Assembly: GCA_963808235.1 (NCBI GenBank)
Contig: CAWEEQ010000004.1
Location: forward strand, 2,176,001 to 2,240,000
Length of the DNA: 64,000 bases
Reading direction: 5' to 3'
DNA from: an uncultured delta proteobacterium
GTDB taxonomy: Bacteria > Desulfobacterota > Binatia > Binatales > Binataceae
This document shows positions 28,714 to 38,031 of this stretch, in pieces (position 1 is the first letter of the stretch; every line of letters starts with the position of its first letter). The notes below the pieces were generated by a model. The model did not search any database. It saw only the letters and a list, made by a program, of their open reading frames with translations, and was not told where the DNA came from. The position numbers and the translations under genes were made by a program.

Positions 28714-31275
28714 GTGATTGCGAAATGCGCATCGACTCAACCAAGGGCAACTATCGTGTCGCATCGATATTGTACGTCATTAGGTACATGTTCTGTTCTG
28801 CTACTAACACTTTGCGCGCTGTCACTGGGATGTGTAGCTAGTGCCAATGCGCAGGCAGTAGTTGACGGGGGCTTGACCGCGCCGGAAGTGGGTTGGACGT
28901 TGAGTTCCAATCTGTTGGCGAACGGCGACTTCTCACAAGGAACTAGCGGCTGGATAATACCCAGTTCCTGCTTCGGCCTTGATTCGACCACGCTGGCTCC
29001 GAATGGAGCGGTCAGTCTCGAGCTTACTCCACCGTCAACCTGCGGCCCCTACCCGCCGGTGGCAAAGAATTCAGTTACGGTGGCGGGCGGACAGATCTAT
29101 ACGCTCAGCGGCCAGATCAAAACCGAAGGCCTGACCAACGGCAATGCGGGCGACGGCGCGGTTTTCGCGCTGATGCAGTCCGGGCGCACCCCGGCCGTAA
29201 ACGGCACCACCGACTGGTCCACCATCACCATGCCGCATCTGGTCGTCCCCGCGGGCGAGACCTCATCGGTGCGCCTGTGGGCCTACGGCTATCCAATGAG
29301 CGGGAACGCATGGTTCGCAAATTTGTCGCTGCAGCAGGAGATACCGCCGGGACTGCGGATGTTTCTGCTCTACCCGAACTACCGCGGTCTGATGTTTTCA
29401 GATCAGAGCCAGGTCGCGAGCCTGGACCTGACCGTCACCCCGCCGGCGGGAACCTCGCTTGAGAGCCTTCGGGTTGAAATCGACGCGGTCGACGCCGGCG
29501 GCGATACCGTAGCCAGCCAGACCTTCACTCCCGCGTCGGCCGAGTTTACCGGCACCCTCGACATGGGAGCATTGCCGCCGGGGACCTATCAGCTGGCGGG
29601 GAAGCTCGAGGATGGCAGCGGCAATGTGCTCATCGCGCAGAGCCCCTACGCGATCGTCAAGCTCGACGCGGCGGCGCGCTCGGGCATGAAGGCGTGGATC
29701 GACCCGGCCAACATGGCCCATTTCATCGATGGCAATCCGCACTTCGTGCTCGGAATCTACGACACCACCAACTATTCGGACAGCGCCGCTTACTACCAGG
29801 CGGAGCTGGCCGCGATCGCCCAGGCGCCGATCAACATGATTATCAACTACTACATCACCAATGCGCCGACCCAGGCGATCACCGCCTACACCACGGCGAT
29901 GCGCCCATTCGGGATGACCTTTCTCCCCGACGTGGGCAGCTACTATACCAACAACAAGAATTTTCCGACCGGAGTCGCCAAGGAGTTCGGCACCGATGAT
30001 CAGGATCAGCTGATTACCGACTATGCCTCCACCTTGTCGTCCGACCCCGGAGTGGTGGGCTATTACGCTCAGGACGAGCCCGCGCTGGCGGTGCAGCCGG
30101 AAACCTTCCACCAATATTCTCTGATCAAGACCGCCGATCCCTCCGGCTTCAACCTGGCGGTGATCGACCATCCCAACGACCTCCCGTTCTGGAAGGACTC
30201 GGTGGATATCCTGGGCGTCGATCCGTATCCGATCTCGCGCCCCAGCGGAAACGATCTTGGCCTGGTTGCGGACTGGACTCGCGCGGCCTACCAGGCGGGT
30301 CACGGCGCGCGCCCGGTGTGGACCGTCATCCAGTTCTTCCAGATGTATTCGACCTCGCCATGGCCCACCCAGCAGCAACTGCACGACATGAGCTGGATTG
30401 CGATCGTCGAGGGTGCCACTGGCCTCTTCTACTGGTCCTATGGCGAGCGCGCGCTGCAGTGGGTGAAAGATCCGGTCGAGAAGGCAGCGCTGTACCAGGA
30501 GTTGATCAACGTAACCACCGAGATCAAATCGCTCGAGCCGGTGTTGGTGAGCCCCGACGCCACTGTGATCAGCGCGAACTCCGAAACCGGCACCGTGTTC
30601 ACCAAGACCAAGGTCGGCGCCGACGGAACCCGCTATCTGTTCGCGTACAACCACAGCGCCTCTCCGGTCACCGCCCAGTTCACCCTCGCGCAGCCGGCGG
30701 CCAGCGTTATCGACTACGACACCGGTATCAGCAGTGCGACCGATACCAGCACGACTCTCTCCTCGACATTCCAGCCCTACCAGGCGCACATCCTGCTCAT
30801 CAGCAGTTCCGCTCCGCCGCCGACGCCCACTCCGTCGCCCGTTCGGACGCCCCTGCCAACCTCAACCGCCACTGCGACTGCGACAGCCACTGCGACTCCA
30901 ACAGCAACGGCGACTCCGACTTCGACCGCAACGGCGACGGCCTCTGCGACGCCCACTCTCGGCGTATTATCAGTCGCGCCCAGAAATTTGAAGTTCGGAC
31001 TCCACAGCGTTGGGGGCACGAGTGCAGCCAAGACGTTGAAAGTGACCAACGACAGCGGGTCATCGGTGAATATTACTGGAAGGTCAGTTAGCGGTGACTT
31101 TGCACAGACCAATACCTGTGGGGCCAGCCTCGCGGCGCACAATACATGCGTCGTCAGCATCACGTTCAAGCCGGCTGCCAACGGCAAGCGCATCGGCGGC
31201 TTGACGCTCACGGACAACGCCAGCAACAGTCCGCAGATGGTTGTTTTGAGCGGGAGAGCAGATAGTCGGCGCTAG
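28714..31275 (+). CDS. Large secreted protein: CBM-like domain, putative TIM-barrel glycoside-hydrolase-like core, Thr/Pro linker and C-terminal Ig-like (ASH/choice-of-anchor D-like) domain
   Basis: Signal peptide (..ASANA), NLLANGDFS, GYYAQDEP, GVDPYP, FYWSY, and a C-terminal CGASLAAHNTCVVSITFKP..GGLTLTDNA. Exact start uncertain. Confidence 0.7.
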   Translation: MIAKCASTQPRATIVSHRYCTSLGTCSVLLLTLCALSLGCVASANAQAVVDGGLTAPEVGWTLSSNLLANGDFSQGTSGWIIPSSCFGLDSTTLAPNGAVSLELTPPSTCGPYPPVAKNSVTVAGGQIYTLSGQIKTEGLTNGNAGDGAVFALMQSGRTPAVNGTTDWSTITMPHLVVPAGETSSVRLWAYGYPMSGNAWFANLSLQQEIPPGLRMFLLYPNYRGLMFSDQSQVASLDLTVTPPAGTSLESLRVEIDAVDAGGDTVASQTFTPASAEFTGTLDMGALPPGTYQLAGKLEDGSGNVLIAQSPYAIVKLDAAARSGMKAWIDPANMAHFIDGNPHFVLGIYDTTNYSDSAAYYQAELAAIAQAPINMIINYYITNAPTQAITAYTTAMRPFGMTFLPDVGSYYTNNKNFPTGVAKEFGTDDQDQLITDYASTLSSDPGVVGYYAQDEPALAVQPETFHQYSLIKTADPSGFNLAVIDHPNDLPFWKDSVDILGVDPYPISRPSGNDLGLVADWTRAAYQAGHGARPVWTVIQFFQMYSTSPWPTQQQLHDMSWIAIVEGATGLFYWSYGERALQWVKDPVEKAALYQELINVTTEIKSLEPVLVSPDATVISANSETGTVFTKTKVGADGTRYLFAYNHSASPVTAQFTLAQPAASVIDYDTGISSATDTSTTLSSTFQPYQAHILLISSSAPPPTPTPSPVRTPLPTSTATATATATATPTATATPTSTATATASATPTLGVLSVAPRNLKFGLHSVGGTSAAKTLKVTNDSGSSVNITGRSVSGDFAQTNTCGASLAAHNTCVVSITFKPAANGKRIGGLTLTDNASNSPQMVVLSGRADSRR
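30814..30957 (+). repeat. Low-complexity Thr/Ala/Pro linker (PTPTP...TATATAT...)
   Basis: PPPTPTPSPVRTPLPTSTATATATATATPTATATPTSTATATASATPT. Confidence 0.9.
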
Positions 31276-31288
31276 CTGCCCTCGATGA

Positions 31289-32692
31289 TCAAGCGACCAG
31301 GGCGGATGTCGCGATGTTAGCCCGGTTTGCGAGAGATCTGCGAATCGGATACGCAGGGAAACCGGCCCCGGCGACGATTGCCAGGATCGGTATTGCAGGA
31401 ACCCTAAGCCTGGCACCTCCCTCCGGTCCGGAAGCAGATACTAACAACATCAGTCCGACACCAAGAAGCCATACCAGTTGCCAATCTCTATGTCTTAGCG
31501 CCCAAGTCAGAGCCAATGCGCATCCTATCCAGATAAGAGCCAGCACAATTTCCTGGAGCAGGACTACCATGATCACCGGCGCCGAAGACTTCTCGAACCG
31601 ACCCACTTTTTCCGAAACCGTAACGTCTTCACTGCCAGATGCATATGCTCCTGCCCCGGACAGCCATAACTTGATGTCGCCGAGGCCGGGCGCCCATGCC
31701 AGTAACACGAGGTCCCGGATAGTCATTCGAACAAAGGCGATCGGATGCTGCAGCAACACCGTCCTTGCGATGTTTTGCGCCCGCTCAAGCGCCTCTGGTG
31801 ACTGCATCCGCACCGGCCCGCTGGAAAGCATCGAAGCCCTGGGCGGAAATGCGGCCTGAGCGCGAAGTTCCCGCCGTTCTTCCTCGATAGTTGTGTGGTT
31901 GACGAGCGCAAGAACGCCAGCAGCTCGGTAGTAAAGCAGGTCCTTGATGCTGATCGAGGAAAAGGTGCTAACGCCCGCCACTGCGCGATTCCGCGCCGTC
32001 CACCCGACCACTGTCACAATTGGAAGCACGAGGACGAGTGCGACTGACGCCAGCTTCGCAGAGAGCTTCGAGTTAGTCGCCAGTATCAGAGGAATCGGGA
32101 CCAAGATTGCAATGATCATCGCAATCGGCTTGAGCAAAATCGCGTAGGCAAGCAAGAGCGAACTGGCACCAAGGAGCCAGAGGCGCCGCACGCGTTTTGG
32201 CTCCTCTTCGGCCGCGGTCGCAACTGCGATCACGGCGAATACGAGCGCAAACTGGAATAGTGCCTCGGACATTATCTGGCTGCTCCAGATGATCGAACTC
32301 ACATCGAGGGCAGCTAGAAGCGCTGCGACTACTCCGGCACGCTTTCCCCATCTTTTCCCGGCAAACGATCCAACTGCCCAGCAGAGAAGAGCCGCTGCCA
32401 GCGCTTGAGTCAGAATTGCCGCTCGTATTGGTGGAAAGACTACGAGAAATCCTGGATACCCGGGGGTGCGCAAAAGCTCCGGCGCCGAGCACGAACCGTC
32501 AACTTCCCGGGCAAAGCCTCCGCATCGCTGAAGACCGTCAGCCAGCTCGATGTATCCTGCGGAATCCCATTGATTGATGCCTGCCCAGAGCGTTCCGGTA
32601 CGAAGGACAGGCGCGGCTCGCAAAATGAAGGCGATACCGGCAATCAGGAGCAAAGACTTGTTATACTCAATTTTCCCGATTGAAGCGGCCAT
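31289..32692 (-). CDS. GT-C fold membrane glycosyltransferase (ArnT/PMT-like)
   Basis: Multi-TM protein with WDSAGYIELA in the first loop, RTPGYPGFL, IMSEALF, LLKP, WTARN and ARLRVP. Confidence 0.75.
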   Translation of the reverse strand: MAASIGKIEYNKSLLLIAGIAFILRAAPVLRTGTLWAGINQWDSAGYIELADGLQRCGGFAREVDGSCSAPELLRTPGYPGFLVVFPPIRAAILTQALAAALLCWAVGSFAGKRWGKRAGVVAALLAALDVSSIIWSSQIMSEALFQFALVFAVIAVATAAEEEPKRVRRLWLLGASSLLLAYAILLKPIAMIIAILVPIPLILATNSKLSAKLASVALVLVLPIVTVVGWTARNRAVAGVSTFSSISIKDLLYYRAAGVLALVNHTTIEEERRELRAQAAFPPRASMLSSGPVRMQSPEALERAQNIARTVLLQHPIAFVRMTIRDLVLLAWAPGLGDIKLWLSGAGAYASGSEDVTVSEKVGRFEKSSAPVIMVVLLQEIVLALIWIGCALALTWALRHRDWQLVWLLGVGLMLLVSASGPEGGARLRVPAIPILAIVAGAGFPAYPIRRSLANRANIATSALVA

Positions 32693-32881
32693 CGAAGAGC
32701 TATCATCTCGGATGGCTTCAGTAATTGTCAATGTTGTGGACGTTACACTCCATAATTTGTCGTTATCCTGCTTTTCGGATTCAGGAGCACTGTTGATCAG
32801 AAAACGCAACAATCGGAAATCTCGGTTTATTGGTGCCCTCGTCTTTGATCGACGCCTCCGAGCGCCTATCCTTGAGAACCG

Positions 32882-34414
32882 ATGGAATCGCGAGCAGCAA
32901 CAGCGGACCGGCCACGATCGATAACTCTCTCGGTGTTGGTTCCGGTCTATAACGAGCGCTATCTCGTCGCCGAATCGCTCGGCCGCCTTGAAACTCTGGC
33001 CGATGACGAGAACCTATCTGCGATCGAGATTATCGTCGTCGATGACGGGTCGACCGACGGGACGCACCGGGTGCTGGAAGAATTCGCTCGCTCTCGTGGA
33101 GTGCCGGTCGCGAAGCTCAGGTGGCGTTTCATCCGTCATCAGACTAACCGTGGCAAGGGAAACGCCGTTCAGACCGCACTGGCTGAGGCGACCGGGACTG
33201 CGTGCGTTGTCCACGACGCCGATCTGGAATACCTCCCATCTGACATCTCGCGGATGGTGAAGGTGTTTATCGAGCAGGATGCCGACGCGGTATTTGGCTC
33301 GCGCTTTGCCGGTAGCGAGGTGCGCCGCGTCCTGCTGCATCGCCATGAGCTTGCCAATAGGCTGCTCACCTTCCTGTGCGATATAGTTTCGAACCTGAAT
33401 CTCACCGACGTGTGGACCTGCTACAAGCTGGTGCGGACTGCGCTTCTCAAGTCGATTCCACTTGCGAGCGCGGATTTCCGTATCGAACCGGAAATCGCCA
33501 TCAAGCTGGCCAAGCGCGAGGCGCGGATCTTCGAGATACCGATTAGCTATTTCGGTCGCACCTATGCCGAGGGTAAGAAGATCACCTGGCGTGATGGAGT
33601 GCGTGCGCTTACGGCGATCGCGCGCTTTGGGCTGAGCGATGCTATCTACCGCGATGACGAATACGGCAGCCAAATTCTCGCGCGGCTGGCGCGCGCCCCA
33701 CGCTTCAACAGGTGGATGGCCGACGCGATCCGCCCTTACCTTGGCGAGCGAGTGCTCGAGATCGGCAGCGGAGTTGGAAATCTGTCCCGCTCGCTACTGC
33801 CGCGCACCCACTACATAGCCAGCGACGTCAATCCGCTCTATCTGCAAACGCTCGCCAATCTCAGCAGCGATCGGCCGTACCTGAAGTCGTCGTACTGCGA
33901 TGTCAGCGATATTAGATCATTTCCCGCAACCGATGGCGGCTACGACAGTGTCATTTGCCTCAACGTGCTCGAGCACGTCGCCGACGATCGCGGCTCGCTC
34001 GAAAACATCAAGACCGCGCTCGCCGACTCTGGACGCGCGATCATACTGGTGCCGCAGGGGGTGTGGAACTTCGGGACGCTCGATGAAATACTCGGCCATC
34101 AGCGGCGTTACACCTCCGAGACACTCACCAAACTCGCCGCGGACTGCGATATGGAGATTCGCGAGCTGCTCGAGTTCAACCGCATCGGCACTATCGCTTG
34201 GTACCTGAATGGGCGCATCCTGCGTCGGCGCAGCTTCGGACTCGCGCAGATCTGGCTGCTCAATCTGATCACTCCGCTGATGCGTGCGCTCGACAACGTC
34301 CTGCCGATTCCACCGCTGAGCCTCATCGCAGTCATGCAACGCCGCTCAGCCAATGCTGAATCGAACGGCCTGAGCGCTCAACCGAAGCAGGCACAGTCGG
34401 TTACAAGCGCGTAG
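32882..34414 (+). CDS. DPM1/GtrB-like GT2 fused to a class I SAM methyltransferase
   Basis: VPVYNE, DDGSTDGT, NRGKG, HDADLEY, TDVWTCYK and GKKITWRDG, followed by VLEIGSGVG and CLNVLEH. Confidence 0.9.
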   Translation: MESRAATADRPRSITLSVLVPVYNERYLVAESLGRLETLADDENLSAIEIIVVDDGSTDGTHRVLEEFARSRGVPVAKLRWRFIRHQTNRGKGNAVQTALAEATGTACVVHDADLEYLPSDISRMVKVFIEQDADAVFGSRFAGSEVRRVLLHRHELANRLLTFLCDIVSNLNLTDVWTCYKLVRTALLKSIPLASADFRIEPEIAIKLAKREARIFEIPISYFGRTYAEGKKITWRDGVRALTAIARFGLSDAIYRDDEYGSQILARLARAPRFNRWMADAIRPYLGERVLEIGSGVGNLSRSLLPRTHYIASDVNPLYLQTLANLSSDRPYLKSSYCDVSDIRSFPATDGGYDSVICLNVLEHVADDRGSLENIKTALADSGRAIILVPQGVWNFGTLDEILGHQRRYTSETLTKLAADCDMEIRELLEFNRIGTIAWYLNGRILRRRSFGLAQIWLLNLITPLMRALDNVLPIPPLSLIAVMQRRSANAESNGLSAQPKQAQSVTSA

Positions 34415-34523
34415 AATTGTTCCGCAAGAGGCAAATTTCGGCTACCACGGTTCGGCCCCTATGGCCGAAGCGGAGAGCCCGGCTCAGTTGGATCTCTATC
34501 GCGACCGGATAACAGAGGGGCAA

Positions 34524-35219
34524 ATGTCCAAAGCGGATTCGGTAACCTTTCCCATACAGGAATTTCTGAAACGGCTCGCGTTTAGATCGGGGGTCATCAA
34601 GACCCGTTATGATTTTCTCCTGGAGCCCAACGAGCTGCTAGAATTGATGCTGGCTTTAAGGCGCGGCGAGAACTTGGAGGGCGACGTCATCGAAGTTGGT
34701 GTGGCCCGCGGCAGAACTACCGTGTTTCTGAACCGATTCCTGGACTCCTTGAACAGCGTGAAGACCTACTACGTGGTCGATACTTTCAGCGGCTTCGTTC
34801 CCGAGGATGTAGCCCATGAACAGCTCAATCGCGGTAAGCAGGGTTACTCCTACGCTGGCTTTTCTTACAACTCGCCGCGAGTTTGGGAACGCAATATAGT
34901 TCAGGACAACGGGTTGAAACGCGTTAAGATAATTCCGCGCGACATCAAGCAGGTTCACTTCGAACCCAAGCAGATGTTCTCGACCGCCTTGCTGGACGTC
35001 GACCTTTACCTGCCTACCAAGGCTGGGCTGGAAATCATCTACCCGAGATTAGTTCCAGGTGGGACGATCATAGTCGATGATGCATGTGATGGCGGCGCTT
35101 ATGAAGGTGCCTTCGCAGCATTCAAGGAGTTTGCAGAAATGCACCCGACGGAATGCCGCTTGTTGCCCCCTAAGTGCGGGATCGTCATCCGGAGCGGAAG
35201 CGCAAATGGAGCAAAGTAG
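34524..35219 (+). CDS. TylF-like O-methyltransferase (copy 4, closest to 6075-6737)
   Basis: GDVIEVGVARG.TTVFLNR, VDTFSGF, LDVDLYLPTK and PGGTIIVDD. GAGGGG lies before ATG 34524. Confidence 0.8.
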   Translation: MSKADSVTFPIQEFLKRLAFRSGVIKTRYDFLLEPNELLELMLALRRGENLEGDVIEVGVARGRTTVFLNRFLDSLNSVKTYYVVDTFSGFVPEDVAHEQLNRGKQGYSYAGFSYNSPRVWERNIVQDNGLKRVKIIPRDIKQVHFEPKQMFSTALLDVDLYLPTKAGLEIIYPRLVPGGTIIVDDACDGGAYEGAFAAFKEFAEMHPTECRLLPPKCGIVIRSGSANGAK

Positions 35220-35229
35220 TTAGCTATCG

Positions 35230-36150
35230 ATGAATTGCGCCGCTTCCATAGCGATACTGACCTACAAGCGACACCATCACCTGGTACGCGCCCTCAAATC
35301 CGCGTGCGCCTACGCCGCGCGCGTCGCCGAAATAATAGTGGTAGACAACGCCGCCGAAGCGGAACTTGAGCTCTTGCTGAAGTCGGATTTTCCCGAGGTA
35401 CGCTATATAGCTGCTCCATCGAATGGAGGATGCGAAGGACGCAACATCGCTCTTCGCGCTGCGGCGACGCCGATTGTGATTACGATCGATGACGACGTCG
35501 AGCTGCGTTCTCCTGGCTGTATCGACGAAGTCGAAGCCGCGTTTGCGCGAGATCCTCTGCTCGCGTGTCTTAACTTCACGGTTGCCGACGACGAGGGAAA
35601 CGTCGAACGGGACTGGTGTCATCCGCGCCCGGTTTCGCACGCGGCGCGCGAGTTTGAGACCTACTTCATCATGGAAGGCGCGTCCGCGCTCGACCGCGCG
35701 AAGGTCTTGGAAGTGGGCGGCTATTCGGCGTCTTACTTTCTTGGACACGAGGGGGTCGATCTGGCTTTTCGGTTGATACGAAAGGGTTACCGGGTCGTAC
35801 ATACGCCACGAGTCTCGGTGACTCATTACACCGCTTCTGAAGAACGCCCCGGCTGGCGGCTATACTATTACTACACGCGCAACGGCCTGTGGAATTGCTA
35901 CCGGTCATTCCCGCCAATGCTGGCGCTTGGCTACGCGATCGAGCACACCGCCAAAATGGCATTCATCAGCGTTCGCGCGGGACAGGGTTACGCATTCCTG
36001 CGCGGCTGCGTGGATGGGCTGCGCGGATTACCGTCACTCAAGCGCGAACGTCTCGACCCTCATTCGCTCGGGCGCGTACGTGCGATGAGAGCGCAGCAGG
36101 TTGCGTTCGTAGGCAGAATCGAGAGGCATCTTCGCGAAAGGATTTTGTAA
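35230..36150 (+). CDS. Glycosyltransferase family 2
   Basis: IAILTYKR, IIVVDN, GRN, IDDD, GGY..EGVDLAFR and YYYTRN motifs. Confidence 0.88.
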   Translation: MNCAASIAILTYKRHHHLVRALKSACAYAARVAEIIVVDNAAEAELELLLKSDFPEVRYIAAPSNGGCEGRNIALRAAATPIVITIDDDVELRSPGCIDEVEAAFARDPLLACLNFTVADDEGNVERDWCHPRPVSHAAREFETYFIMEGASALDRAKVLEVGGYSASYFLGHEGVDLAFRLIRKGYRVVHTPRVSVTHYTASEERPGWRLYYYYTRNGLWNCYRSFPPMLALGYAIEHTAKMAFISVRAGQGYAFLRGCVDGLRGLPSLKRERLDPHSLGRVRAMRAQQVAFVGRIERHLRERIL

Positions 36151-36169
36151 TCGCGCGCACGCAAACGTC

Positions 36170-36817
36170 TTATCTCATGCCAAGGAACGTGCCGCGAACG
36201 GCTACGGCCGGAGCGGGGTCGTCGCCCGCATCGGCCTCCTGTAGCTGGCCGCGTTGCACCAATGTTTGCCAGACCTTGGCCGGATCCGAGCTGAAGATGG
36301 TGTCCACTTCGGCCGGCGCCTTATACCAGGAACCGCCGGCTATCTCTGCTTGCAGCTGATCGGGCATCCACTGCGCGCGTCCGACGATCACTCGCACCCC
36401 GTTCACCTCGGGCGGAGCCTTTACATAGCTACTGATCAGCGCCGGATCGGTGACCAGGTAAACGTCCTCGAAGACGTGAATCGAGTCGGCGGGCGAGCGA
36501 GTCGCGCGCATCAGGATCGAGGGAGTGTTCACTTCGACCGGGCCGCCCAGGAACGCGCTGTCAGCCGGCTTGGCGAGAACCGGGGCGCCGGTGATCAAAT
36601 CCTGCACGCGAACCCGGGTCGGCTTGTTGATGATCACGCCCATGAGCAAGCCGCCTTCGGTGACCGGCAGAATCAGGATGACGCTTTCTCCGAAAATCGG
36701 GTCCATCAAGTCGTGAGTCGCGACCAGAAAGTAGGGCTCGGCGGAGGCGGCGAGCACTCGCGCCGGTGCGATCGGAGTGGCGGCGAGGGCAATCAGCGTA
36801 GCGACGAGGGAGAACAT
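36170..36817 (-). CDS. YqgE/AlgH family protein with N-terminal signal-like extension
   Basis: FLVA..LMDPIFGESVIL, GVIINKP, LGGPV and GRAQW..QLQAEI..GSW motifs. Start may be 36916. Confidence 0.85.
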   Translation of the reverse strand: MFSLVATLIALAATPIAPARVLAASAEPYFLVATHDLMDPIFGESVILILPVTEGGLLMGVIINKPTRVRVQDLITGAPVLAKPADSAFLGGPVEVNTPSILMRATRSPADSIHVFEDVYLVTDPALISSYVKAPPEVNGVRVIVGRAQWMPDQLQAEIAGGSWYKAPAEVDTIFSSDPAKVWQTLVQRGQLQEADAGDDPAPAVAVRGTFLGMR

Positions 36818-37046
36818 CGCGATCGCGAAACGATGCGCGCGCGAATCTGGATGAGCGATTAAGTTGTGCTCAAAAGTGCGTTTTGCGCGCACGATTCGCT
36901 CGCGTCCGCTGCGCATGAAAAAGAGATTCCGTCTTGGTCTTGCCTGACCATTATTTCACACAAGGACCGTTGACGCACGGACGGCAGAATCCAGGTACGC
37001 TTCCGATGTAGACATAGCTGGCCAAGCTGCGAAGCCATAATTCAAT

Positions 37047-37078
37047 CCAGCGATACGGCGGGCCAGCGATGCGGCGGG
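37047..37078. repeat. 16-bp tandem duplication
   Basis: ccagcgatacggcggg ccagcgatgcggcggg. Confidence 0.7.
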
Positions 37079-37079
37079 A

Positions 37080-37388
37080 TTAGTTCACGCGGGCGATTGC
37101 GACTGAGCCGTGCAATCCGCGGGCAGCTTTTACTTTGTCGAGCAAATATTCCACCGCCCCCTGTAGTTCCTCCAGCGATACAGCGTCGCCGCTTGCGATG
37201 GCGTGGACCTTATCGCAGGCCTCCTCGACGGATTCGGGAATGGGCGGTTCAGCGATACGTCTGGCAATCATTTGGATATTCTCTCCTGACCTGTTCTGAT
37301 CCGCTTGGGCCTCAAGGGTTGATTGTTGGACGAATCTTGCCGCGGAAATATTTACAAGCAATCTCCACGCCAACGTGAACGCGCCCAC
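37080..37388 (-). CDS. Small hypothetical protein
   Basis: ORF fills an intergenic gap and has a helical acidic C-terminal half. Start uncertain. Confidence 0.35.
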   Translation of the reverse strand: MGAFTLAWRLLVNISAARFVQQSTLEAQADQNRSGENIQMIARRIAEPPIPESVEEACDKVHAIASGDAVSLEELQGAVEYLLDKVKAARGLHGSVAIARVN

Positions 37389-37571
37389 GAATCTGCACTG
37401 CTTGTTGGGAAAGCGAATGTAATCACGCTATGGATACGGCAGAATGCTGCCGCATTTTTGACAACATGCCGCTGAACTGGCGGCAGTGAATCCGGTATTT
37501 CTGTCGCAACGAGTCCTCCCGTGGCTATATATTTCACTGACTAAGTTTCGATCGCATCGAGACGGCCGAAA

Positions 37572-38024
37572 ATGAAAAGACGCGACCTAATCAAACTCGC
37601 TCCCGAGCAACAGACGGAATTTCTCGCCGCGGCCAGGAAGGTTGCGCTGGCGACCGTCGATAAGGATGGATTTCCGCATCTCGTCGCGATGAACTTCGTC
37701 GCGCGAGACGGCGCGATCCTGATGACCTCGTACGGCAAGGCGCAGAAGGTGATCAATATTCGGCGCAATCCCAAAGTTGCCGTGATGGTGGAGGCGGGGC
37801 GCAGTTACTCCGACTTGCGCGGAGTGATGATCCGCGGCGAGTGCGAGATTATCGAAGACCTCGCGACGGTCGAGGCTACGATGCGTGCGATCGTGCAGAA
37901 GGATTCGGGCGGCGCAGAGATCGGACGCGGACCATTGCGGAGCGCGTCGAAGCGGGTCGTGCTCAAGGTGATCCCAAAAAAAATCGCGAGCTGGGATCAC
38001 AGCAAATTAGGCGGTCACTACTGA
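37572..38024 (+). CDS. Pyridoxamine 5'-phosphate oxidase-like (PPOX class, probably F420/FMN-binding) protein
   Basis: LATVDKDGFPHLVAM, AQKVINIRRNPKV, LRGVMIRG and SWDHSKL motifs. Confidence 0.88.
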   Translation: MKRRDLIKLAPEQQTEFLAAARKVALATVDKDGFPHLVAMNFVARDGAILMTSYGKAQKVINIRRNPKVAVMVEAGRSYSDLRGVMIRGECEIIEDLATVEATMRAIVQKDSGGAEIGRGPLRSASKRVVLKVIPKKIASWDHSKLGGHY

Positions 38025-38031
38025 CGCGTCT

